A DNA stretch of 50,152 nucleotides, taken from IMG/VR virus record IMGVR_UViG_3300017655_000272, positions 1-50,152 of that record; one strand, written 5' to 3'. This DNA comes from a virus (Duplodnaviria > Caudoviricetes). Below the pieces are notes generated by a model. It had not been told where the DNA came from and did no database searches. It was given only the letters and a program-made list of their open reading frames with translations. The position numbers and the translations under genes are program-made. This document shows, piece after piece, positions 16,962 to 26,048 of this stretch. The first letter of the stretch is position 1; the number at the start of each line of letters is the position of its first letter.

Positions 16962-17242
16962 GACCCGAATCCGGCAGTCTTATCTGGCCCGGTGTATTCA
17001 ATGGCTGCGGCAATGTCCTCTATGGCAATCCAAATCACCTGGGCTTGAACTCCATTCTTGCCTGCTCGACTCGACTCTACCGGAATTCGTTTCACACGAG
17101 CATGAGGCCCAGACAGATCCATCTCCGAGCAGGCTAATGCAGGCATATCGGAGAATATTTTGTCTGGGTCAGTGCCGATCAGCGCAGCAGCTGCGGAGCC
17201 GGGGCGAATGATGACGAGAAATTTCCTCGGGTCTTTCTCCAT
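16952..17242 (-). CDS. Hypothetical protein, antisense to PR operon
   Basis: AAAGGA RBS; globular composition. Confidence 0.6.
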   Translation of the reverse strand: MEKDPRKFLVIIRPGSAAAALIGTDPDKIFSDMPALACSEMDLSGPHARVKRIPVESSRAGKNGVQAQVIWIAIEDIAAAIEYTGPDKTAGFGSYT

Positions 17243-17309
17243 GGTCAATCCTTTACGAAAAGTTTCAGGTTGTAGGAAATCTGATTCTAGTCCTATTGGG
17301 TTGACCGCC

Positions 17310-17537
17310 TTAATGAACCGTCACCGCGCCAGCCTCACCAGCTCCGATTGCATGGTTCATGACCAGCCGCGCATAGACGCACTCAATGTGATCGTCGGTC
17401 GCATCGCCAAAGTAGGCATACGCCAGATCCGCCGCGCGGGCGAACAGTGCGTCGCAAGTTTCTTCGCTCATAGCGCCATCATTGGCCGCTTTCTGGCCAG
17501 TGGCAATTCGCATTTTCCGGTTGTTGTTTTTGTCCAT
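17310..17537 (-). CDS. Hypothetical protein, antisense to PR operon
   Basis: ORF fills the cro-cII gap; start uncertain. Confidence 0.5.
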   Translation of the reverse strand: MDKNNNRKMRIATGQKAANDGAMSEETCDALFARAADLAYAYFGDATDDHIECVYARLVMNHAIGAGEAGAVTVH

Positions 17538-17594
17538 GGCGAGACTGTACCCGTCGCCGGTCAAGAAAACACCATTTGAATTGAGGTCTGAAAG

Positions 17595-18038
17595 ATGAAT
17601 GTACTCGACGCTTTCTATCACACAGTCCACGATTATCCGGGCGGCTCCGAGTCGTTAGCCCCGCGTATGGGCATGACGCCGGCCATCCTGAATAACAAGG
17701 CCGACCCCAAGAAAGAGCACAACAAGCCATTGCTGGTTGATGCCGACAACATCATTGGGCTGACAGGCGACTTTCGCGTCTTGCAGGCGCTTGCTCATAA
17801 GCATGGATTCCTGCTGGTTAAGGCGCCATCCGGCGCGGGCGATTCCAGCGATATGGCTGTACTAGAGCAGGTGGTTGGTTTGGGTGTTGCAAATGGCCAA
17901 TTCATGCAAACGATCCACTCCGCTCTTGCCGATGGCCGGGTCGACGAAAGTGAGATGAAACGAATTCGCGCCGCCGAGCGTGAGCTGCAAACGGTTGCCG
18001 CTACGGTCACGCAGCGCATGGAAGGGATGGCCGAGTAA
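17595..18038 (+). CDS. Phage regulatory CII family protein
   Basis: YPGGSESLAPRMG..LNNKADP..ALADGRVD; position after cro. Confidence 0.8.
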   Translation: MNVLDAFYHTVHDYPGGSESLAPRMGMTPAILNNKADPKKEHNKPLLVDADNIIGLTGDFRVLQALAHKHGFLLVKAPSGAGDSSDMAVLEQVVGLGVANGQFMQTIHSALADGRVDESEMKRIRAAERELQTVAATVTQRMEGMAE

Positions 18039-18475
18039 TGCAAGCCATCATCAACAGCGACGAGTCATTGCAACGATTCATCGGCGATATCCGGGAGCAA
18101 TACCAGTCCCACCGCTATCTTCGCGCCTCCGTCAAGACTGGCAAGGCCCGCAGTCTGCCTCAAAACAACATCACCCACGCCTGGTATGAGCAGATCGCCC
18201 GCGAACTCCGCGAAGACGACGCCCTAGGCTGGAAGTCCTACTGCAAGCTGCACCACGGCGTGCCGCTGCTGCGTGCCGAGGATGGCGAATACCGCGAGAT
18301 ATACGACGACGCCATTAAGGGCCTGGGCTACGAGCAAAAGCTCAAGGTGATGCGCTACTTCCCGGTTACGTCGCTGATGAACAAAGAGCAATTAAGCAAG
18401 TATGCCGAGGCCGTACGCGAGGATTTCTATCAGCGCGGCGTGCTGCTGGAATTTCCTACGGAGGCCACATGCTAA
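18038..18475 (+). CDS. NinB-like protein
   Basis: RSLPQN..HAWY..TSLMNKEQLSKY. Confidence 0.7.
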   Translation: MQAIINSDESLQRFIGDIREQYQSHRYLRASVKTGKARSLPQNNITHAWYEQIARELREDDALGWKSYCKLHHGVPLLRAEDGEYREIYDDAIKGLGYEQKLKVMRYFPVTSLMNKEQLSKYAEAVREDFYQRGVLLEFPTEATC

Positions 18476-18819
18476 AGCGTACCGCCTTCAAACGTAGCGC
18501 CCCAAAGAAACGCTCCGGCCACGACAAAGCCATGCTCACGGCCTGCAAAGGCGAACTGTGCTACCTGCGTATACCCGGCGTCTGCATCGGCGGCATGGAT
18601 ACGACAGTGCCGGCGCACAGCAATCAAGGCAGGCATGGCAAAGGCATGGGCAGGAAGGCAGCCGATCAATTCAGCGTACCGGCCTGCCATGCGTGTCATG
18701 CAGAGATAGACCAGGGCGGGCGATTCACACGCGAGCAGAAATTCGAGCTTTGGGATCGGGCGTATGCGGCATGGGAGCCGGTGCGCGAGGCGAAGCTGGC
18801 CAGGAGGATGGCTGCATGA
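18469..18819 (+). CDS. DUF1364/YbcO-like putative nuclease
   Basis: CYLRIPGVC..PAH..GMGRKA..ACHACH. Confidence 0.8.
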   Translation: MLKRTAFKRSAPKKRSGHDKAMLTACKGELCYLRIPGVCIGGMDTTVPAHSNQGRHGKGMGRKAADQFSVPACHACHAEIDQGGRFTREQKFELWDRAYAAWEPVREAKLARRMAA

Positions 18820-19643
18820 GTTGGGAGGCCGTCGCATGGGCAATGAAGCAGCCAGTAGGACACTCGCCCGCAAAGTTTGTGCTGGTCGCCATTGCTGAGC
18901 GTGCCGGCAAGGAAAACACGGCATGGCCTTCTGTGTCGGCGCTAGTCGAAGCTACCTGTCAGAACCGCAAGACCGTGCTTGCCAACATGCAGCGCCTAGT
19001 TGAAATGGGCTACCTGATCGACACAGGCGAGCGCACCGGGCAGACAAAATCTGTTGTTGTTTATCGCCTAAATGAACCTGAAAGCAGCCCCAAAATTAAC
19101 ACTGCTAAGCAGTCCCAAAATCTCCCGGTAGCAGTCCCAAAAGATACACCGCTTAGCTATACCTGTTTTGGTACAGCTTGCGAAGATGAAGCAGTCCCAA
19201 AAAGTACGGCAAGCAGTCCCAAAAAGTCATTGAAGCAGTCCCAAAAAGTACCCGAAGCAGTCCCAAAATCCTCTACAGAACCATCAGAACCACCATTAGG
19301 AACCACCATAGAACCACCATTACCCGCGAAGCCTGACGGGTTTGATGAATTCTGGAATGCGTACCCAAACACATCGCGGCGTGTTGCTAAGTCGAAATGC
19401 CACGATCTCTGGAAAACCAAAAAGCTTGAGCCGGTTGCTGCTGAAATTCTCACGCACGTAATCGCCATGAAGGCTACGAAACAGTGGAAAGACGGCTACG
19501 AGCCCGCGCCGCTGACATACCTAAATCAACGCCGCTGGGAGGATGGCTTGCCAGAGCCAGAGGCCAGCACTGGAGCATCACGACATGGAAACTTCGCAAA
19601 GCAAGACTATCGGGCAGGCATTGGGGCCGATGGGAGCTTTTAG
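18816..19643 (+). CDS. Replication initiator (N-terminal winged HTH)
   Basis: AKFVLVAIAE..AWPS; FDEFWNAYP; TYLNQRRWED; internal iterons. Confidence 0.88.
   Translation: MSWEAVAWAMKQPVGHSPAKFVLVAIAERAGKENTAWPSVSALVEATCQNRKTVLANMQRLVEMGYLIDTGERTGQTKSVVVYRLNEPESSPKINTAKQSQNLPVAVPKDTPLSYTCFGTACEDEAVPKSTASSPKKSLKQSQKVPEAVPKSSTEPSEPPLGTTIEPPLPAKPDGFDEFWNAYPNTSRRVAKSKCHDLWKTKKLEPVAAEILTHVIAMKATKQWKDGYEPAPLTYLNQRRWEDGLPEPEASTGASRHGNFAKQDYRAGIGADGSF
19083..19318 (+). repeat. Replication origin iterons
   Basis: 7x AGCAG(T/C)CCCAAAA at 19083, 19108, 19130, 19190, 19212, 19234, 19256, followed by 4x GAACCA(C/T)C. Confidence 0.85.
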
Positions 19644-20382
19644 CGTGCTGGACATCGAAGACCGTGTGTGCGAGACGCACGGCGAATATAAGGCCATGCG
19701 CTACAAATTCGGCTGGATCGGTTGCGCTCAGTGCCAGGAAGAAAAGCAGCGGGCCGAGCAGGAAGAGCAGCAACGCCAACAGCAAGCCGAATGGGCACAG
19801 CGTCGGCTGCAAAACATCTTCGACCGCGCCGCCATCCCGACACGCTTTGCTGACCGCACGCTGGACGCGTACAAGGCCGAATTGCCAGGGCAGGCCAAGG
19901 CGCTCAAGGTCTGCCGCGATTACGTAACAGCCTTTGACGCCGGGGCCGGCACAAGCCTAATTTTCGTCGGCGGCGTAGGGGCTGGGAAAACCCACCTTGC
20001 GGTAGGCATCGCCAAGGAACTGATGCAGCGCCACATGACAGCGCTTTTCATGTCCGTCATGGGCGCCGTGCGTAGCGTCAAAGAAACCTACAGGCGTGAC
20101 AGCGACACCAGCGAGCGCGAAGCCATTGCAAACCTCATCGAGCCTGACTTGCTCATCCTTGACGAGGTAGGCGTCCAGTTCGGCAGCGACACGGAAAAAA
20201 TGATCCTTTTCGAGATCATCAACGGGCGGTATGAAAACCGGCGTTCCACCATCGTCATCAGCAACCTTGCCATCGAGCCCTTGACCGAGTACCTGGGCGA
20301 GCGTGTTGTTGACCGGCTGCGCGAGGATGGCGGCAGGATGGTCGTGTTCGATTGGCCTTCGTATCGGAGGCAGGCGGCATGA
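19630..20382 (+). CDS. DnaC/IstB-like helicase loader ATPase
   Basis: GGVGAGKT, LLILDEVG, GERVVDRL, WPSYR; N-terminal C..H/C..C. Confidence 0.9.
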   Translation: MGAFSVLDIEDRVCETHGEYKAMRYKFGWIGCAQCQEEKQRAEQEEQQRQQQAEWAQRRLQNIFDRAAIPTRFADRTLDAYKAELPGQAKALKVCRDYVTAFDAGAGTSLIFVGGVGAGKTHLAVGIAKELMQRHMTALFMSVMGAVRSVKETYRRDSDTSEREAIANLIEPDLLILDEVGVQFGSDTEKMILFEIINGRYENRRSTIVISNLAIEPLTEYLGERVVDRLREDGGRMVVFDWPSYRRQAA

Positions 20383-20579
20383 CCCCCAACGAAATGAACG
20401 CCCATTGCGGCCACGCTCCCGCCTATCAAAAAGGCTGCATTCCATGCTCAGTACGTTACATGAAGATGCTCCGAAGCCCGGACAAGCGCCTATCGCGCAA
20501 ATTGCAGGAAGCGCACCTAGCAGGACTTGCAGCGCCGATAGCGGAGAGGGTGAAGGAGATTTTGAGAGGGGAGAAATGA
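20379..20579 (+). CDS. Hypothetical protein
   Basis: ATGA coupling on both sides. Confidence 0.6.
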   Translation: MTPNEMNAHCGHAPAYQKGCIPCSVRYMKMLRSPDKRLSRKLQEAHLAGLAAPIAERVKEILRGEK

Positions 20580-21292
20580 ATGAGCTGGCACTTTTCGCGG
20601 GCGCTGGTGGCGGAATTCTCGGAGGCTATCTGCTTGGCTGGCGAACCGTCTGCGCTGTCGAGTACAACGCCTACGCCCGAAGCGTTTTACTGGCCAGACA
20701 AAACGACGGAACACTCCCGCCTTTCCCGATTTGGGATGACGTCAGAACCTTTGACGGTGGACCTTGGCGAGGACTTGTTGATGTGGTTTCGGGAGGCTTC
20801 CCTTGTCAAGACATCTCTGCCCAAGGAAAGAGGGCAGGGATCGAAGGCAAGAACTCCGGGCTCTGGCGACACATGGCGCGCATCATTGGCGAAGTTCGAC
20901 CGCGATTCGCGTTCATTGAAAACAGTCCAGAGCTCATTGTTTCCGGACTCGATAGAGTGCTCGCCGACCTTGCCGCAATGGGGTTCGATGCGGAATGGGG
21001 AGATATACCAGCGGCCGCGCTGGGGGCCCCGCATCTGCGAAATCGAGTCTGGGTTGTTGCCCACGCCCAGAGTGAGCAGAGGGTACACGAACCCGACTGC
21101 TGGAAAGGAGCGGAAAGACTGTCTTACCACGCGAATCCTTGGGAGGCCTGTTCTTGGGATGAGGCCACGCCCAGAGTATGTCGAGTGGATGATGGGCTTC
21201 CCCATCGGGTGGACAGAACTGAAAGGCTTGGAAACGGGCAGGTTCCAAGAGTGGCTGCAACAGCATTCACCATCCTTGCCGAGCCGGAATAG
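20576..21292 (+). CDS. C5-cytosine DNA methyltransferase, catalytic (alpha-like) chain
   Basis: LFAGAGG, GGFPCQD, ENS, HLRNRVW, LGNGQVP; no motif IX in this frame. Confidence 0.9.
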   Translation: MNELALFAGAGGGILGGYLLGWRTVCAVEYNAYARSVLLARQNDGTLPPFPIWDDVRTFDGGPWRGLVDVVSGGFPCQDISAQGKRAGIEGKNSGLWRHMARIIGEVRPRFAFIENSPELIVSGLDRVLADLAAMGFDAEWGDIPAAALGAPHLRNRVWVVAHAQSEQRVHEPDCWKGAERLSYHANPWEACSWDEATPRVCRVDDGLPHRVDRTERLGNGQVPRVAATAFTILAEPE

Positions 21293-21305
21293 GAGGGCCG
21301 CATGA
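20580..21305 (+). CDS. Overlapping +1-frame partner (beta-like chain)
   Basis: 241 stop-free codons; LPTP unit; motif IX-like RPRPEYVEWMMGFP; stop overlaps next ATG. Confidence 0.75.
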   Translation: MSWHFSRALVAEFSEAICLAGEPSALSSTTPTPEAFYWPDKTTEHSRLSRFGMTSEPLTVDLGEDLLMWFREASLVKTSLPKERGQGSKARTPGSGDTWRASLAKFDRDSRSLKTVQSSLFPDSIECSPTLPQWGSMRNGEIYQRPRWGPRICEIESGLLPTPRVSRGYTNPTAGKERKDCLTTRILGRPVLGMRPRPEYVEWMMGFPIGWTELKGLETGRFQEWLQQHSPSLPSRNRRAA

Positions 21306-21676
21306 CCCTAGACCGCCTAACCATCATCCTGCCTTGGCCTGACATGTCGCTCATGCCAAACCGCAAGAACGGCAAGCATTGGGGCAGCACCCAAGCCGCG
21401 AAGGTTCGGGCGCGGCAGGATGGGTACTTTGGGGCGAAGCAGGCCATGGGCACCGACTGCGTCAATCTGCCCGACAGAGTCCCGCTAAGCATTGATTTCA
21501 TTGCTCCTGACCGGCGGGCACGCGATATCGACAATCTGCTTGCCTGCATCAAGCCGCAGATCGACGGCATTGCCCAAGCGTTGGGCATCGATGACAAGCG
21601 ATTTCGGCCCATCACCATCAACGATGGCCTGGATACCAAAAAACAAGGATTTGTACTCGTGGAGATAGGGGTATGA
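21302..21676 (+). CDS. RusA-like Holliday junction resolvase
   Basis: PDRRARDIDNL..DGIAQALGIDD. Confidence 0.8.
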   Translation: MTLDRLTIILPWPDMSLMPNRKNGKHWGSTQAAKVRARQDGYFGAKQAMGTDCVNLPDRVPLSIDFIAPDRRARDIDNLLACIKPQIDGIAQALGIDDKRFRPITINDGLDTKKQGFVLVEIGV

Positions 21677-22014
21677 CGGACTTCAAGCAACTGGCGATTG
21701 AAAAGCTGGCCACGATGGGCGCCCATGCCCCGGCCGGCGCCACGATAAGGCAACTGGCCGAGATTATCGAAATGGCCACAGGCACAAAGCGCCTGTACTG
21801 CATCCGCGAAGGCGCTTTTGTCGAAGCGTTTGCCGTCCCGCCTAAAACGAAGGGGCAACAGTTCAACCTGATGACCCGGAAAACATTCGGCTGGCATCAT
21901 CCGCGCGCCGCCGAGATCGACCAGGCCCAGCCACCCATGATGACGCCGAACGGGATAGGCAACGACAAGCAGCCCGGCGGCTTTCTTCCAGTCGTACACG
22001 GGAGGGCAAGATAG
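21673..22014 (+). CDS. Hypothetical protein
   Basis: ATGA coupling. Confidence 0.6.
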   Translation: MTDFKQLAIEKLATMGAHAPAGATIRQLAEIIEMATGTKRLYCIREGAFVEAFAVPPKTKGQQFNLMTRKTFGWHHPRAAEIDQAQPPMMTPNGIGNDKQPGGFLPVVHGRAR

Positions 22015-22016
22015 CC

Positions 22017-22091
22017 ATGGAACACATTATCGAAATCGGCTTCGTTTTCTGGGGCCTGGCTATGGCGATTTTCTACTGGCGGGGCCTATGA
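22017..22091 (+). CDS. 24-aa hydrophobic peptide (MEHIIEIGFVFWGLAMAIFYWRGL)
   Basis: Manually translated; ATGA coupling to next ORF. Confidence 0.4.
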   Translation: MEHIIEIGFVFWGLAMAIFYWRGL

Positions 22092-22261
22092 GCGCAGAAC
22101 TACCAAGGTGGGCCATGCGCGATCCGGCGAGGGTTTACGAACGGATCGAAGCGATGGAGCAAGCCCAGGCCGCCCGGACGCCAGAGGCCAAGGCTCGCCG
22201 AGCAAAAGAACAGATGAACGATTTATTCAAGGAGCCGCCACGTGACAGCGACAACAAATAG
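22088..22261 (+). CDS. Hypothetical protein, 57 aa (MSAELPRWAMRDPA...)
   Basis: Manually translated; operon continuity. Confidence 0.5.
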   Translation: MSAELPRWAMRDPARVYERIEAMEQAQAARTPEAKARRAKEQMNDLFKEPPRDSDNK

Positions 22262-22613
22262 CCGCATGGACGGCGACTCACTGCTATGGAATTGGGCTCG
22301 CTGGTGCTGGTCAGGCGAGACGGTAGGCAACATGACGCCCTATGTCTCCTGGGAAGACAGCCCTACAGTCATCAATCACGAGCATGCGCGTATCGTGGAA
22401 GAAATGCACCGTGCGCTTCCACACCATGAAGGCATGGTCGTAACTGCCGAATATCCACAGAAGAATGTAATGTTCGGGCGCTTTCATGCGCGCGCTCGTG
22501 GCGAAGCTGCGCGGCGCTGGATTGCACAAGTGACAGGACTTCGTCTCACTGAGCATGAGTACCTGATGTACCTAGGGCTGTTCAAGAACCAAGTAGAACG
22601 GAGGCTGCTTTGA
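22242..22613 (+). CDS. Putative Q-like late antiterminator
   Basis: LLWNWARW N-terminus; position at end of early-right operon; AAGGAG RBS before GTG. Confidence 0.55.
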   Translation: MTATTNSRMDGDSLLWNWARWCWSGETVGNMTPYVSWEDSPTVINHEHARIVEEMHRALPHHEGMVVTAEYPQKNVMFGRFHARARGEAARRWIAQVTGLRLTEHEYLMYLGLFKNQVERRLL

Positions 22614-22909
22614 AGTATGCGAAGGAGGTGATCGATTTGCTGGCCGCCTATCCGGGGCGGGAATTCAAGATGATTCAGATCGTTCGTCATGTAGCCGACG
22701 GGCATCCGCGCGACCCCAAAGAGTGGGAGCGCATACGAAAGGGAGTCCGGCGTGTGCTTGACAGCCTGGAAGAGTCCGGCCAGGTCGAATGCCAGCAGTC
22801 GGACGCGCATACCGGCGGGTTCGCTCTCTATGGCTGGAAACCGGGACATCAAGTATTGGCAAACCGGGACCGAATCCGGGACAATACGTGCAGGGGAATT
22901 GCGCCCTGA
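22610..22909 (+). CDS. Hypothetical winged-helix-like protein
   Basis: TTGA coupling, GGAGG RBS. Confidence 0.6.
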   Translation: MKYAKEVIDLLAAYPGREFKMIQIVRHVADGHPRDPKEWERIRKGVRRVLDSLEESGQVECQQSDAHTGGFALYGWKPGHQVLANRDRIRDNTCRGIAP

Positions 22910-22916
22910 ATTTTCG

Positions 22917-22942
22917 AAACCTCGCCATGCGCGGGGTTTTTT
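22917..22942 (+). terminator. Intrinsic terminator
   Basis: AAACCTCGC-CATGC-GCGGGGTTTTTT. Confidence 0.75.
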
Positions 22943-23206
22943 GCATTTTGTCGTGATGTCGCTGCGCTGGTCATAGTTTAGGTTATTGGTCGCCTTTAAA
23001 AGGAGTTGCAGGCGGCACTTGGAATACCGATCGAAGTCGAATTATGCTTGGAAATCTATCCCAAATATTTGACTATGAACTAAATCTTAATGTGCATACT
23101 TGATTTTGAGGTTTTTCTGGTGTATTGTTTGGGCTGTCCGTATTTGGACGCAAAGCCATTCAGATGCAATACCAATTAGACGAAAGCCCATTTATTAAGG
23201 AACCAC

Positions 23207-23593
23207 ATGTCCAAAAGAATCAAACTATCCGCTTATTCCGTCGCGCAGCTTCTAGTTCTCAATGCCAAGCATTATGGCGATGAAAAAGGAAGGGAGACAT
23301 CACGATACCGGTATACCAAACAGTCGCTGCGCTCGTTAAGTGGCTGGAAGCGCCTATCCGAGCCGTTCATACGGGATATCTCCGACGAAATGTTTGGCCT
23401 AGGCTGGACCGTAATTGATCTATCAGATACGGAGTTTGCGGCAATCGAGACTCGTAAAATTTCTGTCTGGCCAAAGCTTGGCATGAGGCGCGTTACCCAT
23501 CTGGCAAGAGCCGATGATCCCGAAGATGCCATTGATGATGCCTATCACGATATGTTTGAGGATGACACTCAGGCCGATGTGGATGACGATTGA
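23207..23593 (+). CDS. Moron, hypothetical protein with acidic tail
   Basis: AT-rich upstream region with TTGATT-N17-TATTGT, TAAGGA RBS, own terminator. Confidence 0.8.
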   Translation: MSKRIKLSAYSVAQLLVLNAKHYGDEKGRETSRYRYTKQSLRSLSGWKRLSEPFIRDISDEMFGLGWTVIDLSDTEFAAIETRKISVWPKLGMRRVTHLARADDPEDAIDDAYHDMFEDDTQADVDDD

Positions 23594-23613
23594 TTCTCAA
23601 ATGTAGCAGCAAC

Positions 23614-23634
23614 GCCGCCTTCGGGCGGCTTTTT
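23614..23634 (+). terminator. Intrinsic terminator
   Basis: GCCGCC-TTCG-GGCGGC-TTTTT. Confidence 0.85.
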
Positions 23635-23647
23635 ATTGGGGTAGTCT

Positions 23648-24283
23648 ATGGCGCAGAGCCAATCCGGCCCATCGATTACCCGGCCAGCACCGCCCCAAGA
23701 CCTGATCGAGTCGTTATGGGAGCGAGTGCAGCCGGCGCCCGAGCTTGGCCAGTGGGTGCAAGACACCATCCTGGCCGATGACGGGCCGCTGCACAATCCT
23801 GATCACGCACACCTTATCGACGCCGACCTGTGCTTCCTGTGGGCATCGAGCGCTTTCACCAAACAGGGCCGCACGGTTGTCGGCCAGGCCGAACAAGTCA
23901 TGTTTCGCGCTGGCGGATGGCAGAAGGCGCGCCAAGAGCAGCAAATGCGAGACTGGTTCGGCAGGGTGCCGGCATTCATCATCACGCTGGCAGCTGATTA
24001 TTGCGCCCAATGCAGTGACGCTGAGTTTTGCGCTCTTCTAGAGCACGAAATGTATCACGTAGCCCAGGCGATCGACGAGTTCGGCGCGCCTAAGTTCACT
24101 AAGGACGGCTTACCTAAGCTCGCCTTGCGCGGCCACGACGTAAACGAGTTTGTGGGCGTAGTGAGGCGTTACGGGGCCGGGCCTGACGTTGCTCGAATGG
24201 TCGAGGCAGCGAAACAGCCACCAGAAGTGGCACAACTGAATATTGCGAGGGCCTGCGGAACCTGCCTACTCAAGTCGGCCTGA
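23648..24283 (+). CDS. Putative phage metallopeptidase
   Basis: HEMYH (HExxH) and HDVNEF..VVRRYG. Confidence 0.85.
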   Translation: MAQSQSGPSITRPAPPQDLIESLWERVQPAPELGQWVQDTILADDGPLHNPDHAHLIDADLCFLWASSAFTKQGRTVVGQAEQVMFRAGGWQKARQEQQMRDWFGRVPAFIITLAADYCAQCSDAEFCALLEHEMYHVAQAIDEFGAPKFTKDGLPKLALRGHDVNEFVGVVRRYGAGPDVARMVEAAKQPPEVAQLNIARACGTCLLKSA

Positions 24284-24313
24284 TTCTTGACTGGCCGCGA
24301 CGGATAGACGCCT

Positions 24314-24772
24314 ATGGCAGCCCTGACTAGCGAGGTCAAAGCCTTTATCACGCAGGCATTGGCGTGCTTCGACTCACCCTCCCAGGTGGCCGAGGCTGTC
24401 AAGAGGGAATTCGGCATCGCGGTGTCTCGCCAGCAGTGCGAGACGCACGATCCCACCAAGCGCGCAAGCAAGGGCCTGGGAAAGAAGTGGGCCGATCTCT
24501 TTCACGAGACCCGGGCCAGCTTCAAGGAAGGCAAAGAAGATATCGCGATCGCGAACCGGATGTACCGGCTCCGGGTGCTTAGCCGGATCGCCACGAAGGC
24601 TGAGGACATGAGGAACTACGCCTTGGCGATGCAAGCGCTCGAGCAGGCCGCCAAGGAAACGGGTGATGTGTATGTGAACAGAACCCGTGCTGAACCCAAG
24701 GAGCCGGACGCACCGACGCCGACGCAAATTGTGTTTGGCGTAGTGGATGCACGCAAGCATGAAGACGATTAG
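24314..24772 (+). CDS. Terminase small subunit (DUF2280-like)
   Basis: ALACFDSPSQV..LEQAAKE; directly upstream of TerL. Confidence 0.8.
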   Translation: MAALTSEVKAFITQALACFDSPSQVAEAVKREFGIAVSRQQCETHDPTKRASKGLGKKWADLFHETRASFKEGKEDIAIANRMYRLRVLSRIATKAEDMRNYALAMQALEQAAKETGDVYVNRTRAEPKEPDAPTPTQIVFGVVDARKHEDD

Positions 24773-26048
24773 CCCCACGTTGAACATCCCGCAGTCGCAG
24801 TTCCTGCAACTGCCACATAAGTTCCGCGCATACGTGGCCGGGTTTGGATCAGGAAAGACCTGGGTGGGCTGCAGCGGCATCTGCGCGCATTTCTGGCAGT
24901 GGCCGGGAATCAACCAGGGCTACTTTGCCCCGACATACCCACAGATTCGCGACATCTTCTACCCAACAATGGAGGAGGTGGCGGAAACGATGGGCCTGCG
25001 GGTCCAGCTCAACGAATCGAACAAGGAACTGCATTTCTACGAAGGCAGGCGGTACCGGGGCACGACAATCTGCAGGTCAATGGAGAAGCCGCACACCATT
25101 GTGGGCTTCAAGATTGGGAACGCACTGATCGACGAGCTCGATGTGATGAAGGCTGAAAAGGCCACCATTGCCTGGCGCAAGATCATCGCCCGGATGCGCT
25201 ACAAGGTGGACGGGCTGAAGAACGGCATCGATGTGACGACGACGCCAGAAGGTTTCAAGTTTGTTTACCAGCAGTTTGTAAAAGCGGTCCGCGAGAAGCC
25301 ATCATTGGCGGCGCTGTACGGTCTGATTCAGGCGAGCACGTATGACAACGCCAAGAACCTGCCTGATGACTACATATCGTCGCTGCGAGAGTCGTATCCG
25401 CCGCAACTGATTGATGCGTATTTGGACGGCCAGTTCGTCAACCTGACGAGCGGATCGGTCTACCCCGACTTCGACCGGCGCCTGAACCACAGCAGTGCGG
25501 TTGAGGCGGAAAACGAGCCATTGCACGTAGGCCTGGACTTCAACGTCCTGAACATGACTGCAACGGTCAATGTGATCCGTGATGACCTGCCGATCACCAC
25601 GGCGGAATTAACAGAGGTTCGAGACACGCCAACCATGGCCCGCATGCTCAAGGAGCGATTCAAGGACAAGGGCCATGCGGTGACGATCTACCCCGACGCA
25701 AGCGGCCAAAACACCAGCAGCAAGAACGCATCCGAATCTGACCTGTCGATCCTCAAGCAGGCGGGCTTTACGGTCCGGGTGAGCTCGAGCAATCCGGCTG
25801 TGCGAGACCGAGTTAACGCTGTTAACGCCATGATCTTGAACGACAAGGGCGAACGGCGCTGGAAGGTGAACACAGATAGGTGCCCGACGCTGACCGAGGC
25901 GCTCGAGCAGCAAGCCTATGACAAGAACGGCGAGCCGGACAAGAAGACCGGGCACGACCATCCGAATGACGCGCAAGGGTATTTCCTTGTGAACCGCTGG
26001 CCGATTGTGAAACGTACCGCCACCCAAACCCCAGGTAGATTCAAATGA
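24759..26048 (+). CDS. terL: Terminase large subunit
   Basis: AGFGSGKT Walker A, IDELD, TTTPEG, GLDFN, DHPNDA nuclease motifs. Confidence 0.95.
   Translation: MKTISPTLNIPQSQFLQLPHKFRAYVAGFGSGKTWVGCSGICAHFWQWPGINQGYFAPTYPQIRDIFYPTMEEVAETMGLRVQLNESNKELHFYEGRRYRGTTICRSMEKPHTIVGFKIGNALIDELDVMKAEKATIAWRKIIARMRYKVDGLKNGIDVTTTPEGFKFVYQQFVKAVREKPSLAALYGLIQASTYDNAKNLPDDYISSLRESYPPQLIDAYLDGQFVNLTSGSVYPDFDRRLNHSSAVEAENEPLHVGLDFNVLNMTATVNVIRDDLPITTAELTEVRDTPTMARMLKERFKDKGHAVTIYPDASGQNTSSKNASESDLSILKQAGFTVRVSSSNPAVRDRVNAVNAMILNDKGERRWKVNTDRCPTLTEALEQQAYDKNGEPDKKTGHDHPNDAQGYFLVNRWPIVKRTATQTPGRFK

Noticed and set aside
19083-19268. Regular repeats as a possible CRISPR or guide array
   Set aside because: 13-bp units with ~9-bp gaps inside a replication initiator fit iterons; no cas genes
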